64,000 nt of DNA from positions 28,781 through 92,780 of the forward strand of contig JARVKA010000001.1 in assembly GCA_029775915.1 (NCBI GenBank), written 5' to 3'. Origin of the DNA: Nitrososphaeria archaeon. GTDB taxonomy: Archaea > Thermoproteota > Nitrososphaeria > Nitrososphaerales > JANXEG01. The translations under genes and the position numbers were made by a program. Of this stretch, positions 47,243 through 57,011 are shown piece by piece (positions within the stretch are counted from its first letter, which is position 1; every line of letters starts with the position of its first letter). The notes beneath the pieces were generated by a model. That model saw nothing but the letters and a program-made list of their open reading frames with translations, was not told the origin of the DNA and did not search any database.

Positions 47243-48919
47243 ATGTCTGGCGCCAAAGCTTTGATAAAGGCTCTGAAACGAGAGAAAGTAGAAGTGATAT
47301 TTGGATTACCAGGTGGTGCAATTATGCCAGTATATGATGAATTATACAATTCTGATATTCGCCATATTCTTGCTAGACATGAGCAATCTGCAGCCCATAT
47401 GGCTGATGGATATGCTAGAGTGAGTCACAAAGCGGGTGTTTGTATGGCTACTTCCGGCCCTGGAGCTACAAACTTAGTTACCGGATTAGCTAATGCGTAC
47501 ATGGATTCATCACCTATCGTGGCTATTACTGGTCAAGTCCCAGTTTCTATGATTGGCAAGGATGCATTTCAAGAGACTGATATTATAGGCATATCAACAC
47601 CTATTACGAAATACAATATGCAACCAAGAGATCCATCAGAAATTCCTTTAGCTGTAAAGAAAGCTTTTTACATCGCTACAACTGGAAGGCCTGGTCCCGT
47701 TTTAATAGATTTGCCAAAGGATGTGCAAGATAAAAGTGCAGATATGGTATTCCCAAATACAATTGAAATAAGAGGTTACCGCCCAAATATTCAACCAGAT
47801 CCATTAGCTATAGCTAAAGCTGCAGACTTGCTTCTCTCAGCCGAAAGGCCTATAATTATGTCTGGTGGTGGCGTAATTATCGCTAATGCATTTCAAGAAC
47901 TTCAAGCAGTAGCAGAGTTTTTACAAGCACCAGTAGCAACCACTTTTAAAGGAAAAGGAAGTTTTCCAGAGAATCATCCATTATCACTTGGATCGATCGG
48001 TATGCATGGCCACCCAGAAGCGAATAAATTGATTATAGAAGCTGATGTTTTACTAGCTGTTGCATCAAGATTCTCAGATAGATCTGTAGGAAGATTTGAT
48101 GAGTTTATTGCTACAGGCATTAAGATAATCCACGCAGATATCGATCCATCTGAGATTGAGAAGAATTTACCAGTGCATATTCCAATTATTGGAGATGTGA
48201 AAGTAGTTTTAACTGAACTCTTAAAGGTTTTGATAAAAAAAGCTGTAAAAAAGGAACGTACCATATGGTTAAAAAGGGTGGAGGAAGTGAAGCAGGAGTT
48301 TCGTAGTAAGCAAGATTTTGGTAGTAATGAAATAACAGCTCCTAAAATTATTAAGAAGCTTCGAGAACTCTTACCTATTGATACTATCGTTACTACAGAG
48401 GTTGGTCAAAATCAAATGTGGGCATCTCTTCACTTCGATGTAATAAAGCCAGGAACATTCTTTAGCTCAACAGGCTTGGGAACTATGGGCTTTGGTTTTC
48501 CAGCTGCGATTGGGGCTAAAGTGGCTTGTCCAAACGTGCCTGTAGTGGATATTGCAGGTGATGGTAGTTTTGGAATGACTGCAAATTCTTTGGCTACATC
48601 AGTTTTAGAAAAAATACCAGTTATTGTAGTTATATTGAATAATGGTGTGTTAGGTATGGTAGCTCAATGGCAACGCATGTTTTATAACAGAAGAATGATG
48701 GCTGTTAATCTGCATAATGTACCGGATATGGTTAAGTTAGCTGAAGCTTATGGTGCGCAAGGTATAAGAGTTCAATCTATGGATGAATTCACTAAAGCTG
48801 TTAAACTTGCATTAAGTAGTGATGTTACCACAGTTATCGATGTAATAATATCTCCTGAAGAGGATGTACTTCCATTTGTAGCTCCTGGTTCAGCATTAAA
48901 GGATATGATATTGGCATAG
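47243..48919 (+). CDS. ilvB: Acetolactate synthase large subunit
   Basis: The track ORF starts at TTG 47234, but ATG 47243 (MSGAKALIKAL) is more likely. GYARVSHKAGVCMATSGPGATNLVTG. ThDP motif GDGSFGMTANSLATSVLEKIPVIVVILNN. Confidence 0.95.
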   Translation: MSGAKALIKALKREKVEVIFGLPGGAIMPVYDELYNSDIRHILARHEQSAAHMADGYARVSHKAGVCMATSGPGATNLVTGLANAYMDSSPIVAITGQVPVSMIGKDAFQETDIIGISTPITKYNMQPRDPSEIPLAVKKAFYIATTGRPGPVLIDLPKDVQDKSADMVFPNTIEIRGYRPNIQPDPLAIAKAADLLLSAERPIIMSGGGVIIANAFQELQAVAEFLQAPVATTFKGKGSFPENHPLSLGSIGMHGHPEANKLIIEADVLLAVASRFSDRSVGRFDEFIATGIKIIHADIDPSEIEKNLPVHIPIIGDVKVVLTELLKVLIKKAVKKERTIWLKRVEEVKQEFRSKQDFGSNEITAPKIIKKLRELLPIDTIVTTEVGQNQMWASLHFDVIKPGTFFSSTGLGTMGFGFPAAIGAKVACPNVPVVDIAGDGSFGMTANSLATSVLEKIPVIVVILNNGVLGMVAQWQRMFYNRRMMAVNLHNVPDMVKLAEAYGAQGIRVQSMDEFTKAVKLALSSDVTTVIDVIISPEEDVLPFVAPGSALKDMILA

Positions 48920-48930
48920 GTGATGAATAA

Positions 48931-49410
48931 TTGAATAGAACACATATAATCTCAACGATCGTTGAAAATAAGCCTGGTGTTCTTCATAAAGTCTCTAATA
49001 TGTTCCGTGCTAGAGGTTTCAATATTGATAGCATTAGCGTTGGAACTACAGAGAAAAATGATCTCTCTCGAATGACGATTGTAATAAATGCGGATGAGCA
49101 AACTTTGAAGCAATTAGTGAAACAATTAGCTAAACTTATAGATGTTGTCCACGTTGATGTACTCGATCCCCAAAATGCGATTTATCGAGAATTAGCACTT
49201 GTTAAACTTCATGCTACTGAAACTAAAAGTAGATTGGAGATTATAAGTTATGCGAATGTATTTGATAGTAAAGTAGTAGATGTCTCGCCTGAGCATATTA
49301 CAGTAGAGATTACTGGTACTCCGGATAAAATCGATGCATTTATTAAAATCGTATCACCATGGATTAAAGAGCTTGCGAGAACTGGTGTAACCGCACTTAT
49401 GAGAGGTTGA
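48931..49410 (+). CDS. ilvN: Acetolactate synthase small (regulatory) subunit
   Basis: 159 aa. ACT domain HIISTIVENKPGVLHKVSNMFRARGFNIDSISVG. It lies directly after ilvB. Confidence 0.9.
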   Translation: MNRTHIISTIVENKPGVLHKVSNMFRARGFNIDSISVGTTEKNDLSRMTIVINADEQTLKQLVKQLAKLIDVVHVDVLDPQNAIYRELALVKLHATETKSRLEIISYANVFDSKVVDVSPEHITVEITGTPDKIDAFIKIVSPWIKELARTGVTALMRG

Positions 49411-49414
49411 TTTT

Positions 49415-50926
49415 ATGAGTCAAGATGGATTTATTAGAATTTTTGATACAACTTTAAGGGATGGTGAACAAACGCCAGGAGTTTCTCTCACACCACAGCA
49501 AAAGTTAGAGATTGCAAAACAACTTGATAAATTGGGTGTGGATACAATTGAGGCTGGCTTTCCCATAACATCTTCTGGTGAGGTTGAAAGCGTTAAACTC
49601 ATAGCAAAGGCTGGTTTAAATGCTGAGATTTGTGGATTGGCTAGAGTGGAGAAGAAAGATATAGATCTTGCAATAGATTGTGGTGTATCATGCATACACA
49701 CATTTATCGCTACATCAGATACACATTTACAATACAAGCTTAAAATAACGAGGGAAGAAGCGCTTCAAAAAGCTGTAGAAGCTGTTGAATATATTAAAAG
49801 TCATGGCCTTACTGTAGAATTTTCAGCTGAAGATGCAACTCGATCAGATCCTGAATTTTTAATAAAGATATTCAAAGCAGTTGTTGATGCAGGAGTAGAT
49901 AGAATTGATATTCCCGATACGGTTGGTATAGCTACACCAGCAAAAATTGCTGAACTCGTAAAATTGGTTAAAGCTCATTGTAATATACCAATTAGCCTTC
50001 ATTGCCATAATGATTTTGGATTAGCAGTTGCAAATACATTAGCTGGTATTGAAGCTGGAGCTACACAAGCTCACCTTACTATTAATGGTATTGGTGAACG
50101 AGCTGGTAATGCTGCATTAGAAGAGGTTGTAATGGCTTTACATTGCTTATATGGTAAGAAGACTAAAATCAATACAAAACTCATTTATGAAACATCACGT
50201 ATGGTCTCTAGAATTATGGGAATTGTGGTTCAACCAAATAAAGCGATTGTAGGTGAAAATGCTTTTGGCCATGAATCGGGTATTCATACTCATGGTGTTT
50301 TATCACATCCATTAACATATGAGCCATTCGATCCAGCACTTGTGGGTAGGAGAAGATGGCTTCAAGCGGGTAAGCATGCTGGTACTCATGGTATACGCGC
50401 ACAATTAGAGGAGCTTGGGATTTATCCTACGGATGAGCAAATAAAAGAGATTGTGAGAAAGGTAAAGGAGTTGGGTGATAAAGGCAAAAGAGTAAGTGAT
50501 GCAGATTTATTAGCAATAGCTAGTACAACATGTGAGAAAGTTAAAGAAGAGGAGAGAATTGTAAAGTTACTCGATTTAGGAGTAATAACTGGTATAAATG
50601 TTGTTCCTACAGCTTCAGTAAAGTTAGAGATAGACGGTAAAATTTACGTTACTGCAGAGACAGGTGTAGGGCCGGTAGATTCTGCAATGAAAGCTATTCA
50701 AAAGATTACAGATAATTTAGCTAATATTCGATTAAAAGAGTATAGATTGGAAGCGATAACGGGTGGTTCGGACGCTTTAGCTGATGTATTAATTAAAGTA
50801 GAGGATAAAGATGGGAATATTGCAGCTGCTCGCGCTACTGGTGAAGATATTGTAGTAGCTAGTGTAGATGCAATGATTGAGGGAATAAATAAAATTCTTT
50901 TGAGAAGGAGATTAACCAAACTCTAA
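49415..50926 (+). CDS. leuA: 2-isopropylmalate synthase / (R)-citramalate synthase
   Basis: 503 aa. IFDTTLRDGEQTPG, HCHNDFGLAVANTLAG and a C-terminal LeuA-dimer regulatory domain. LeuA and CimA cannot be told apart by eye. Confidence 0.85.
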   Translation: MSQDGFIRIFDTTLRDGEQTPGVSLTPQQKLEIAKQLDKLGVDTIEAGFPITSSGEVESVKLIAKAGLNAEICGLARVEKKDIDLAIDCGVSCIHTFIATSDTHLQYKLKITREEALQKAVEAVEYIKSHGLTVEFSAEDATRSDPEFLIKIFKAVVDAGVDRIDIPDTVGIATPAKIAELVKLVKAHCNIPISLHCHNDFGLAVANTLAGIEAGATQAHLTINGIGERAGNAALEEVVMALHCLYGKKTKINTKLIYETSRMVSRIMGIVVQPNKAIVGENAFGHESGIHTHGVLSHPLTYEPFDPALVGRRRWLQAGKHAGTHGIRAQLEELGIYPTDEQIKEIVRKVKELGDKGKRVSDADLLAIASTTCEKVKEEERIVKLLDLGVITGINVVPTASVKLEIDGKIYVTAETGVGPVDSAMKAIQKITDNLANIRLKEYRLEAITGGSDALADVLIKVEDKDGNIAAARATGEDIVVASVDAMIEGINKILLRRRLTKL

Positions 50927-50953
50927 AAGGCAAAATTTAAGGGGTGAAAAGAT

Positions 50954-51982
50954 TTGGCTGGATACAAAATATCTGTGATAAAAGGTGATGGTATAGGTCC
51001 TGAGATTGTTGATGCTACTTTAAAAGTTCTTGAGAAGCTTCAAGATAAGCTTGGGCTTAAATTTAATTTCATATTCGCTGAGGCTGGTGATGAATGCTTT
51101 AAAAAAACTGGGTGTGCATTACCTAAAGAAACGATCGATATTGTGAAAAATTCTGATGCATGTTTAAAAGGTCCAGTTGGTGAAACAGCTATGGATACAA
51201 TCGTTGTTTTAAGGCAAATGTTCGATCTTTATGTAAATTTAAGACCAGTGAAATGTTATTCACCTATGGATTGTATAAAGCGTGATATCGATTTTGTAAT
51301 AGTTAGAGAGAATACTGAAGATCTTTACAAAGGATTTGAATTTCAATTGAATGATATTGCTATAGCTTTACGTGTTATAACAAAAAGAGCTTCTCAAAGA
51401 ATAGCTGAGCAAGCCTTTAAATTGGCTGAGTTAAGGAATCGTAAGCGTAGTGTAGTTTGTGTGCATAAAGCGAATGTTATGAGAAAGACTTGTGGATTAT
51501 TTGTTGAGGCTTGTAGAGAAGTCGCTTTAAAATACAAAAATATTAAATTTTCAGAGATGTATGTTGATGCAGCTGCTATGAATATAATTCGTAAACCTGA
51601 AGATTTCGATGTGATTTTAACAATGAATATGTTTGGCGATATTTTATCTGATGAAGCTGCTCAATTGATTGGTGGTTTAGGCATGGCACCATCTGCTAAT
51701 ATTGGTGATAATCTTGCAATATTTGAACCAGTTCATGGGTCTGCTCCCGATATAGCTGGTAAAGGTATTGCAAATCCAATTTCTATGATACTTTCTGCAA
51801 AAATGATGTTGGAATGGTTAGCTAATACTCGTAATGATCCTTTATGCAATAAAGGTGCTATTTTAATAGAAAATGCAGTAAGGAAAACTTTAGAGAAAGG
51901 GATAAAGACTATAGATTTGGGTGGTTCGAGTAAAACACGAGATTTTACTTTTGCATTGATAAATGAGCTTACAAATGCTTAA
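50954..51982 (+). CDS. leuB: 3-isopropylmalate dehydrogenase (beta-decarboxylating dehydrogenase family)
   Basis: 342 aa. NLRPVK, VRENTEDLY, NMFGDILSDEAAQLIGGLG and GSAPDIAGKGIANP. Confidence 0.85.
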   Translation: MAGYKISVIKGDGIGPEIVDATLKVLEKLQDKLGLKFNFIFAEAGDECFKKTGCALPKETIDIVKNSDACLKGPVGETAMDTIVVLRQMFDLYVNLRPVKCYSPMDCIKRDIDFVIVRENTEDLYKGFEFQLNDIAIALRVITKRASQRIAEQAFKLAELRNRKRSVVCVHKANVMRKTCGLFVEACREVALKYKNIKFSEMYVDAAAMNIIRKPEDFDVILTMNMFGDILSDEAAQLIGGLGMAPSANIGDNLAIFEPVHGSAPDIAGKGIANPISMILSAKMMLEWLANTRNDPLCNKGAILIENAVRKTLEKGIKTIDLGGSSKTRDFTFALINELTNA

Positions 51983-52010
51983 TAAATTGGTATTCTTATA
52001 AACGAATAGT

Positions 52011-52634
52011 TTGAACATTAAAGATATTGAAAAGTTAATAGAGCCAAAGTATATCGGACCTATAATTACATTCTCACAGCTTCATATTTTAAAAGCGATT
52101 CGACTCTTGGGTGAAAGGGGGATTATGGGCAGAGCGACTTTAGCAAAAGAGTTAGGATTGGGATTAGGCGCTGTAAGAACTTTAATTCAACGCCTTAAAG
52201 ATAATAAATTGATTGAAGTTATCAAATCTGGATGTATGCTTACTGAGAAGGGAAAATTACTTTATATCGATTCAATAAAAAAGATACCAAAAATATCTTC
52301 AATAGATGCGAGTAAATTAGCTACAGATCGTTATAGTGTTGCGATTATAGTAAGAAATAAAGCGCATAAGGTAAAAATGGGTTTGGAGCAAAGAGACGCT
52401 GCTATTAAAGAGGGTGCTACTGGTGCTACTACCTTAATATTCAAAAGTGGTAAATTTAAGATACCTATGGGTAGTGATGATTGTGAAAAGGATTTTCCAA
52501 ATGGTATTTGGAATCGCCTTTACAACTTAATGCATCCTCAAGAGAATGATGTAATTATTGTTTGTAGCGGTAAATCGCAAAGTATTGCTGAGTATGGTGC
52601 ATTATCAGCTGCTTGGACTCTTTTGGATAATTAA
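52011..52634 (+). CDS. Winged-helix protein with a C-terminal domain of unknown function (DUF4443-like, from memory)
   Basis: 207 aa, TTG start. HTH GRATLAKELGLGLGAVRTLIQRLKDNKLIE, then a ~110-aa domain (GLEQRDAAIKEGATGATTLIF...). Confidence 0.35.
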   Translation: MNIKDIEKLIEPKYIGPIITFSQLHILKAIRLLGERGIMGRATLAKELGLGLGAVRTLIQRLKDNKLIEVIKSGCMLTEKGKLLYIDSIKKIPKISSIDASKLATDRYSVAIIVRNKAHKVKMGLEQRDAAIKEGATGATTLIFKSGKFKIPMGSDDCEKDFPNGIWNRLYNLMHPQENDVIIVCSGKSQSIAEYGALSAAWTLLDN

Positions 52635-52733
52635 TACAATAATTTAATCCAAATTCTCATCATTATTAAAATAAGCCATTAAGATTTATTACTAACTGCA
52701 TTAAACTATAAAATGAAGCTCCAAGCATATTCT

Positions 52734-52807
52734 GGGGCCGTAGTCTAGCATGGTATGATGCCAGCCTTGGGCGCTGGAGGTCGCGGGTTCAAATCCTGCC
52801 GGCCCCA
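52734..52807 (+). tRNA. tRNA-Pro (UGG), intron-less
   Basis: Acceptor GGGGCCG/CGGCCCC, anticodon stem CCAGC/GCUGG, loop CUUGGGC, T-arm GCGGG-UUCAAAU-CCUGC, discriminator A. 74 nt. Confidence 0.9.
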
Positions 52808-53065
52808 TTAAACAATACTCGAATATAGAAGCTCAACTTATCAAACCAATCCTCGTGCATTTATATCTTCCATTAATATCTTAAAGATAATATCATTAGT
52901 GTTTAAGAAAAAATTAATTTATTTTTTCTTTCGAAAATATGACACCAAAAAATTTGTAAAAAGCATAATTGTTATAAATTGATAAAGCCTTAACGAGCGA
53001 AGCATTAATGATACACAATCTTATGGAAGGTTAATCATTCACAATTAATGAGAAACTTTAACAAG

Positions 53066-54103
53066 CTATATTCTGTATGTTTTAATTTTATCCTCATCAA
53101 TAATATTAGCAAGGAGTTTCCAATTTTTCCCCTCACTTTTCACATTAACCATTACGGAACGATCTTTTGGTGCATCTGAATATCTTACAGTAATGCTGGC
53201 TGCAAGATTAAGTAAATCATTATCCACTATGCCCCTTAACAAACTTATTGGGCCCATAAATCCTTCAACTTCAAGAATAAAATCGGATGGTGAATGTAAA
53301 AGGAGGAGTTTTTGATTCTCAACTTTATTCCTACCTACGATGAGTTTCGCCTTTGATGAAAGGCGAAAGTGCCTCCCCAATTTTAACAATTCAATATCAT
53401 TAAGTGTAGGGTTTGGATTATATTGAAGCAAATCTTTTAATCGCTTGGAGAATGCAGGATCGGTAAGTAAACAACCTCCAGCTGGATTTGGAACCTCATT
53501 TATACCTAATTTATGAGCGAGTTCGATTTGAGCTTTTCTTGATCTCCCTCTTATTGCTAAAAGTGCTTCTCTATTTACCCAACCCATTTTCTCAGGGATT
53601 GTAAGCTCAAGTAGCTTAGCTGAAAGTGGTCTTAATACATAACCCTCAACTCCAGCCTCTCTTTCAATTATTTTCATAGCTTTAGCATTTTGAGACATTG
53701 GCCTTTGGCCTAATACTTCACCAGTAACTATAAAGGATGCACCTATTTTCTCCATAAGTTCCTTTGCTCTTCGAAACATCATTATTCGACAATCGATGCA
53801 AGGATTCATACCACTACCATAACCATACTTCGGATTTTTAATTAATTCAATATACTCATCTCCTAAAATTATAGTTCTCAATTCTATACCAAGATTATCC
53901 GCAACATCCCTAACTCGATATGTGCAGCCTTTACCACAATCAAAATCACAAAAGGGCGTTTTGAAAGCTACTGCAATTAATTCAATACCTTGTTGTAAAA
54001 TAAGCTTCGCTGCAAGTGTGCTATCTAAACCTCCTGATAGCATAACTATAGCCTTAATTTTCGAATCTTCTTTTCTTTTAATGGATTTACCCACATCCTT
54101 CAT
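53066..54103 (-). CDS. PP-loop ATPase, ThiI/MnmA-like sulfurtransferase-type adenylating enzyme
   Basis: 345 aa. PP-loop VMLSGGLDST, NPCIDCRIMMFRRAKEL, IVTGEVLGQRPMSQ and a C-terminal GGCLLTDPAFSKRL...GRHFRL domain. Confidence 0.65.
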   Translation of the reverse strand: MKDVGKSIKRKEDSKIKAIVMLSGGLDSTLAAKLILQQGIELIAVAFKTPFCDFDCGKGCTYRVRDVADNLGIELRTIILGDEYIELIKNPKYGYGSGMNPCIDCRIMMFRRAKELMEKIGASFIVTGEVLGQRPMSQNAKAMKIIEREAGVEGYVLRPLSAKLLELTIPEKMGWVNREALLAIRGRSRKAQIELAHKLGINEVPNPAGGCLLTDPAFSKRLKDLLQYNPNPTLNDIELLKLGRHFRLSSKAKLIVGRNKVENQKLLLLHSPSDFILEVEGFMGPISLLRGIVDNDLLNLAASITVRYSDAPKDRSVMVNVKSEGKNWKLLANIIDEDKIKTYRI

Positions 54104-54179
54104 AAAAATCCTTTCTCATTAATATTTATATGTAAGCTTTAACTAAATAGTTTTGCCATAAAATTCAATTTGAATAAGA

Positions 54180-55754
54180 TTAATATGATACTCTCATCGC
54201 TTTATCAGTATTAAAGCCTAATTTCTTTCCAAAACTTTTAATATACCACATTACTATTTTTGCACCATAACTCATAAGTGAACTTAAAATAAACCTTTGG
54301 AGTGGATTAATACTTAAAGCTTTTGGTAGGTATCGCTCAGCTTCTAAAGCTATATGCCTCCATGATCGATAAATTAAACACCATCTTGCTTCATTCAACT
54401 CCTTACTTACATCAAAAAATTTTTCATTTTTAAGAATGCCAATAGGTACAAAGCTTATTGGAGTTACAGTAAAATGGGCTTTCTCACCTAATTCTTCTGG
54501 CAATTTTTTCTCCATACGATCTATAAGGCGTATTGTATCCCAACAATCTTCTTCTGTTTCATTTGGTAAACCCATAATTATAGTATATGCTGGAAACCAA
54601 TAATTCTCATTAAGAATTTTTGTCCCCTCATATATTACATCATCCCACTCTTCTGCACTAAATGGTTTAGCTTTTGTAGGCATATACTTGCGCATAAGTG
54701 TTGGTGAACCAGTCTCTAAACCCGATTGTATCCCGATCCAATGATTCGGTCCAGCTTTGAGAATTTTAGATAACTCAACTATCATCTTAGGGTCTGCAAC
54801 AACTGCTGATATTGTGCCATGAGTTGGATTACAATGAAATACACCTGGTGTAGACATTATTGCCTTAAAGAGATCACATATTGCATCTCGATTTGGTATA
54901 AATTCACGACGATTCTCAATTTTGTATGAAAATATATCGTCACTATGTGCCCATACTCGCCCATTACCACCTCTAACATTTACTAAAATCTCCTCAATCA
55001 CTTTTTTAATATCGAAATACTTTACTCGCCTTAGGTTTACATCACAAAATTCACAATTTCTACCACAACCACGCATAACCTCTACAAGCCCATGCGCACT
55101 TGGATTTACAATACATGGTATACTCTCAGCATCAATACTACTGCTACATCGAATAACCTCATCAGCACTTCCATTTTCAATATCATTAAAAATTTCATGA
55201 GCTACATTATCAACCTCGCCTAAAACTAAATGGTCTATACCTAGCTCTTTCATAATTTCTCTCTTTAACTCAATTTGCCAAACTCCAGCTCCTCCTATCA
55301 CTACCTTAAACCTTTTATTAAACGCCCTCTTTATGCGATTAATATTATGCATTAAATCAAAGAATGCTTTTTTAGTATAAGATGTGTATAGCCCTCCTAA
55401 AGTAAACATCATAGTTACAGGGCCAAAGCCCAATGGATCCATAGTTGAGACTCCAACGATTGTAGTATCAGCATTGATAAATTTATGAATATAATTTGGA
55501 TGAGCTACAACAATATCCTCTTGTGCATAACCTTTAAGAAGAGCACTCTCTACTTTTCTTAAGGAATAAGGCGCAACTAAAGCTATACCATCATTATGTG
55601 GTATTGATGGAGTTAAATAATCAAAAATAAATTTTGGAACTTGTGTTGGAGCACAACCTAAAAATTGTAATAAGGGTACGTGCCGATATTCACTCATTAG
55701 CGTTTTATCTGCGGTTAAGACGATCCTAACCAAATAAACCCCTCCTTTAATCAA
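54180..55754 (-). CDS. Radical SAM protein with N-terminal B12-binding-like domain
   Basis: 524 aa. Cluster motif MRGCGRNCEFCD (CxxxCxxC), preceded by a Rossmann-like ~200-aa domain (VVIGGAGVW...). Confidence 0.8.
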   Translation of the reverse strand: MIKGGVYLVRIVLTADKTLMSEYRHVPLLQFLGCAPTQVPKFIFDYLTPSIPHNDGIALVAPYSLRKVESALLKGYAQEDIVVAHPNYIHKFINADTTIVGVSTMDPLGFGPVTMMFTLGGLYTSYTKKAFFDLMHNINRIKRAFNKRFKVVIGGAGVWQIELKREIMKELGIDHLVLGEVDNVAHEIFNDIENGSADEVIRCSSSIDAESIPCIVNPSAHGLVEVMRGCGRNCEFCDVNLRRVKYFDIKKVIEEILVNVRGGNGRVWAHSDDIFSYKIENRREFIPNRDAICDLFKAIMSTPGVFHCNPTHGTISAVVADPKMIVELSKILKAGPNHWIGIQSGLETGSPTLMRKYMPTKAKPFSAEEWDDVIYEGTKILNENYWFPAYTIIMGLPNETEEDCWDTIRLIDRMEKKLPEELGEKAHFTVTPISFVPIGILKNEKFFDVSKELNEARWCLIYRSWRHIALEAERYLPKALSINPLQRFILSSLMSYGAKIVMWYIKSFGKKLGFNTDKAMRVSY

Positions 55755-55759
55755 TTAAT

Positions 55760-56065
55760 TCATTGTTCAATAATCTTCTTACTTTCACTCAAAAGATTGC
55801 CAATTAAATTTGGTTTGCAAAGTGTGACAACTTTAGACCTACCAACTGCAAATGTCTCCACTAACTTATTCCTTCTTAAAACTTCAATATGGCGATAAAC
55901 GGAAGTGTACTCTAACTTCAACTCTCTTGATACGGCTTTGATATGCAAAGGCCTTTTTGTTTCTGATAAAATCTTTATTATTCGAAGCCTTGCGAGATTC
56001 CCTAACGCATTGAGAACTTTCGAAATACTTTCCAATGTTTTATCCTCATAAATCATGCTTTCCAT
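55760..56065 (-). CDS. ArsR-family winged-helix regulator
   Basis: LNALGNLARLRIIKILSETKRPLHIKAVSRELKLEYTSVYRHIEVLRRNKLV. The track ORF extends to 56185, but its first 40 codons look like AT-rich non-coding translation. The start at 56065 (MESMIYEDK) is preferred. The stop lies 5 nt before the radical SAM start. Confidence 0.7.
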   Translation of the reverse strand: MESMIYEDKTLESISKVLNALGNLARLRIIKILSETKRPLHIKAVSRELKLEYTSVYRHIEVLRRNKLVETFAVGRSKVVTLCKPNLIGNLLSESKKIIEQ

Positions 56066-56316
56066 ATTTGCTCTAAATTTGTTAATATAATGCAATTTCT
56101 TATATATATTATGGTAATAAATGCTCAAAATAAAGCTATAATATAATATGATTAAAAATGCAATATATAAACACAATTTTTGCATATTTTAAATCTAAAA
56201 ATATAAATATAAGCTGATTAAATCATGTAAATGATGTGAATTGAATTTAAACATTAATAAAAAATTTCTAATATCCACACTATTCTCCAACCTTAAAATA
56301 AAATGTGCGGTGATGA

Positions 56317-56895
56317 ATGAGTATGGTTAAGTTAAACTCGAAACAAATAGCATTTATAGCTATGATGGGCGCGCTCGGCAATATTCTCGCATTCATCACG
56401 ATCGCTCCTACTGTAGTTAAACAAGTAGCCTTAGACTTCTCATTAATCCCCGTATTAATAGCGGGTATTTTTGGAGGGGCTTTAATAGGAGGATTGACTG
56501 GAATTATCGCAGGCTTAGGGCCATCTTTACTCTTCGGTTTTATTTATGGCCAACTAGGTTTTCTCGGTTTTACTTTAAGTATAGGTAAAGGAATTGTAGG
56601 TGTGATGATTGGTTTACTAACCAATTATTTCAAACCATTCCAACGTACTACATGGGTCTTTATACCATTAGTATTAGTAGCTTTCATACCTGAATGCTTT
56701 TGGATTATACTCACATTCTCTATATTTGTGCCACTTTTCATTCCTTCACAAGCTGCGCTATCAGGATTTTTAATTCCAATACTTGTAAAAGCTTGGTTTG
56801 AGATTGGTGTAATGAGCTTTTTTATAAGCGCTTTAGCAGGTCATGAGGGGTTTAAGAGCTTTGTATTTTCATATATGAGCAAAACCAATCGATAA
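56317..56895 (+). CDS. Polytopic membrane protein, ECF S-component-like
   Basis: 192 aa, 5-6 TM. IAFIAMMGALGNILAFI...DFSLIPVLIAGIFGGALIGGLTG pattern. Confidence 0.35.
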   Translation: MSMVKLNSKQIAFIAMMGALGNILAFITIAPTVVKQVALDFSLIPVLIAGIFGGALIGGLTGIIAGLGPSLLFGFIYGQLGFLGFTLSIGKGIVGVMIGLLTNYFKPFQRTTWVFIPLVLVAFIPECFWIILTFSIFVPLFIPSQAALSGFLIPILVKAWFEIGVMSFFISALAGHEGFKSFVFSYMSKTNR

Positions 56896-57011
56896 ATTAA
56901 TGCTAATCGCTTTTAGGATGCTGATGATTTTTTTCATTAGTCTATATTATGAATAAAAATGAGAGATATTTTTATTCAATAAGGAAAAGAAAATAAAGCA
57001 ATTTCTCTGAT

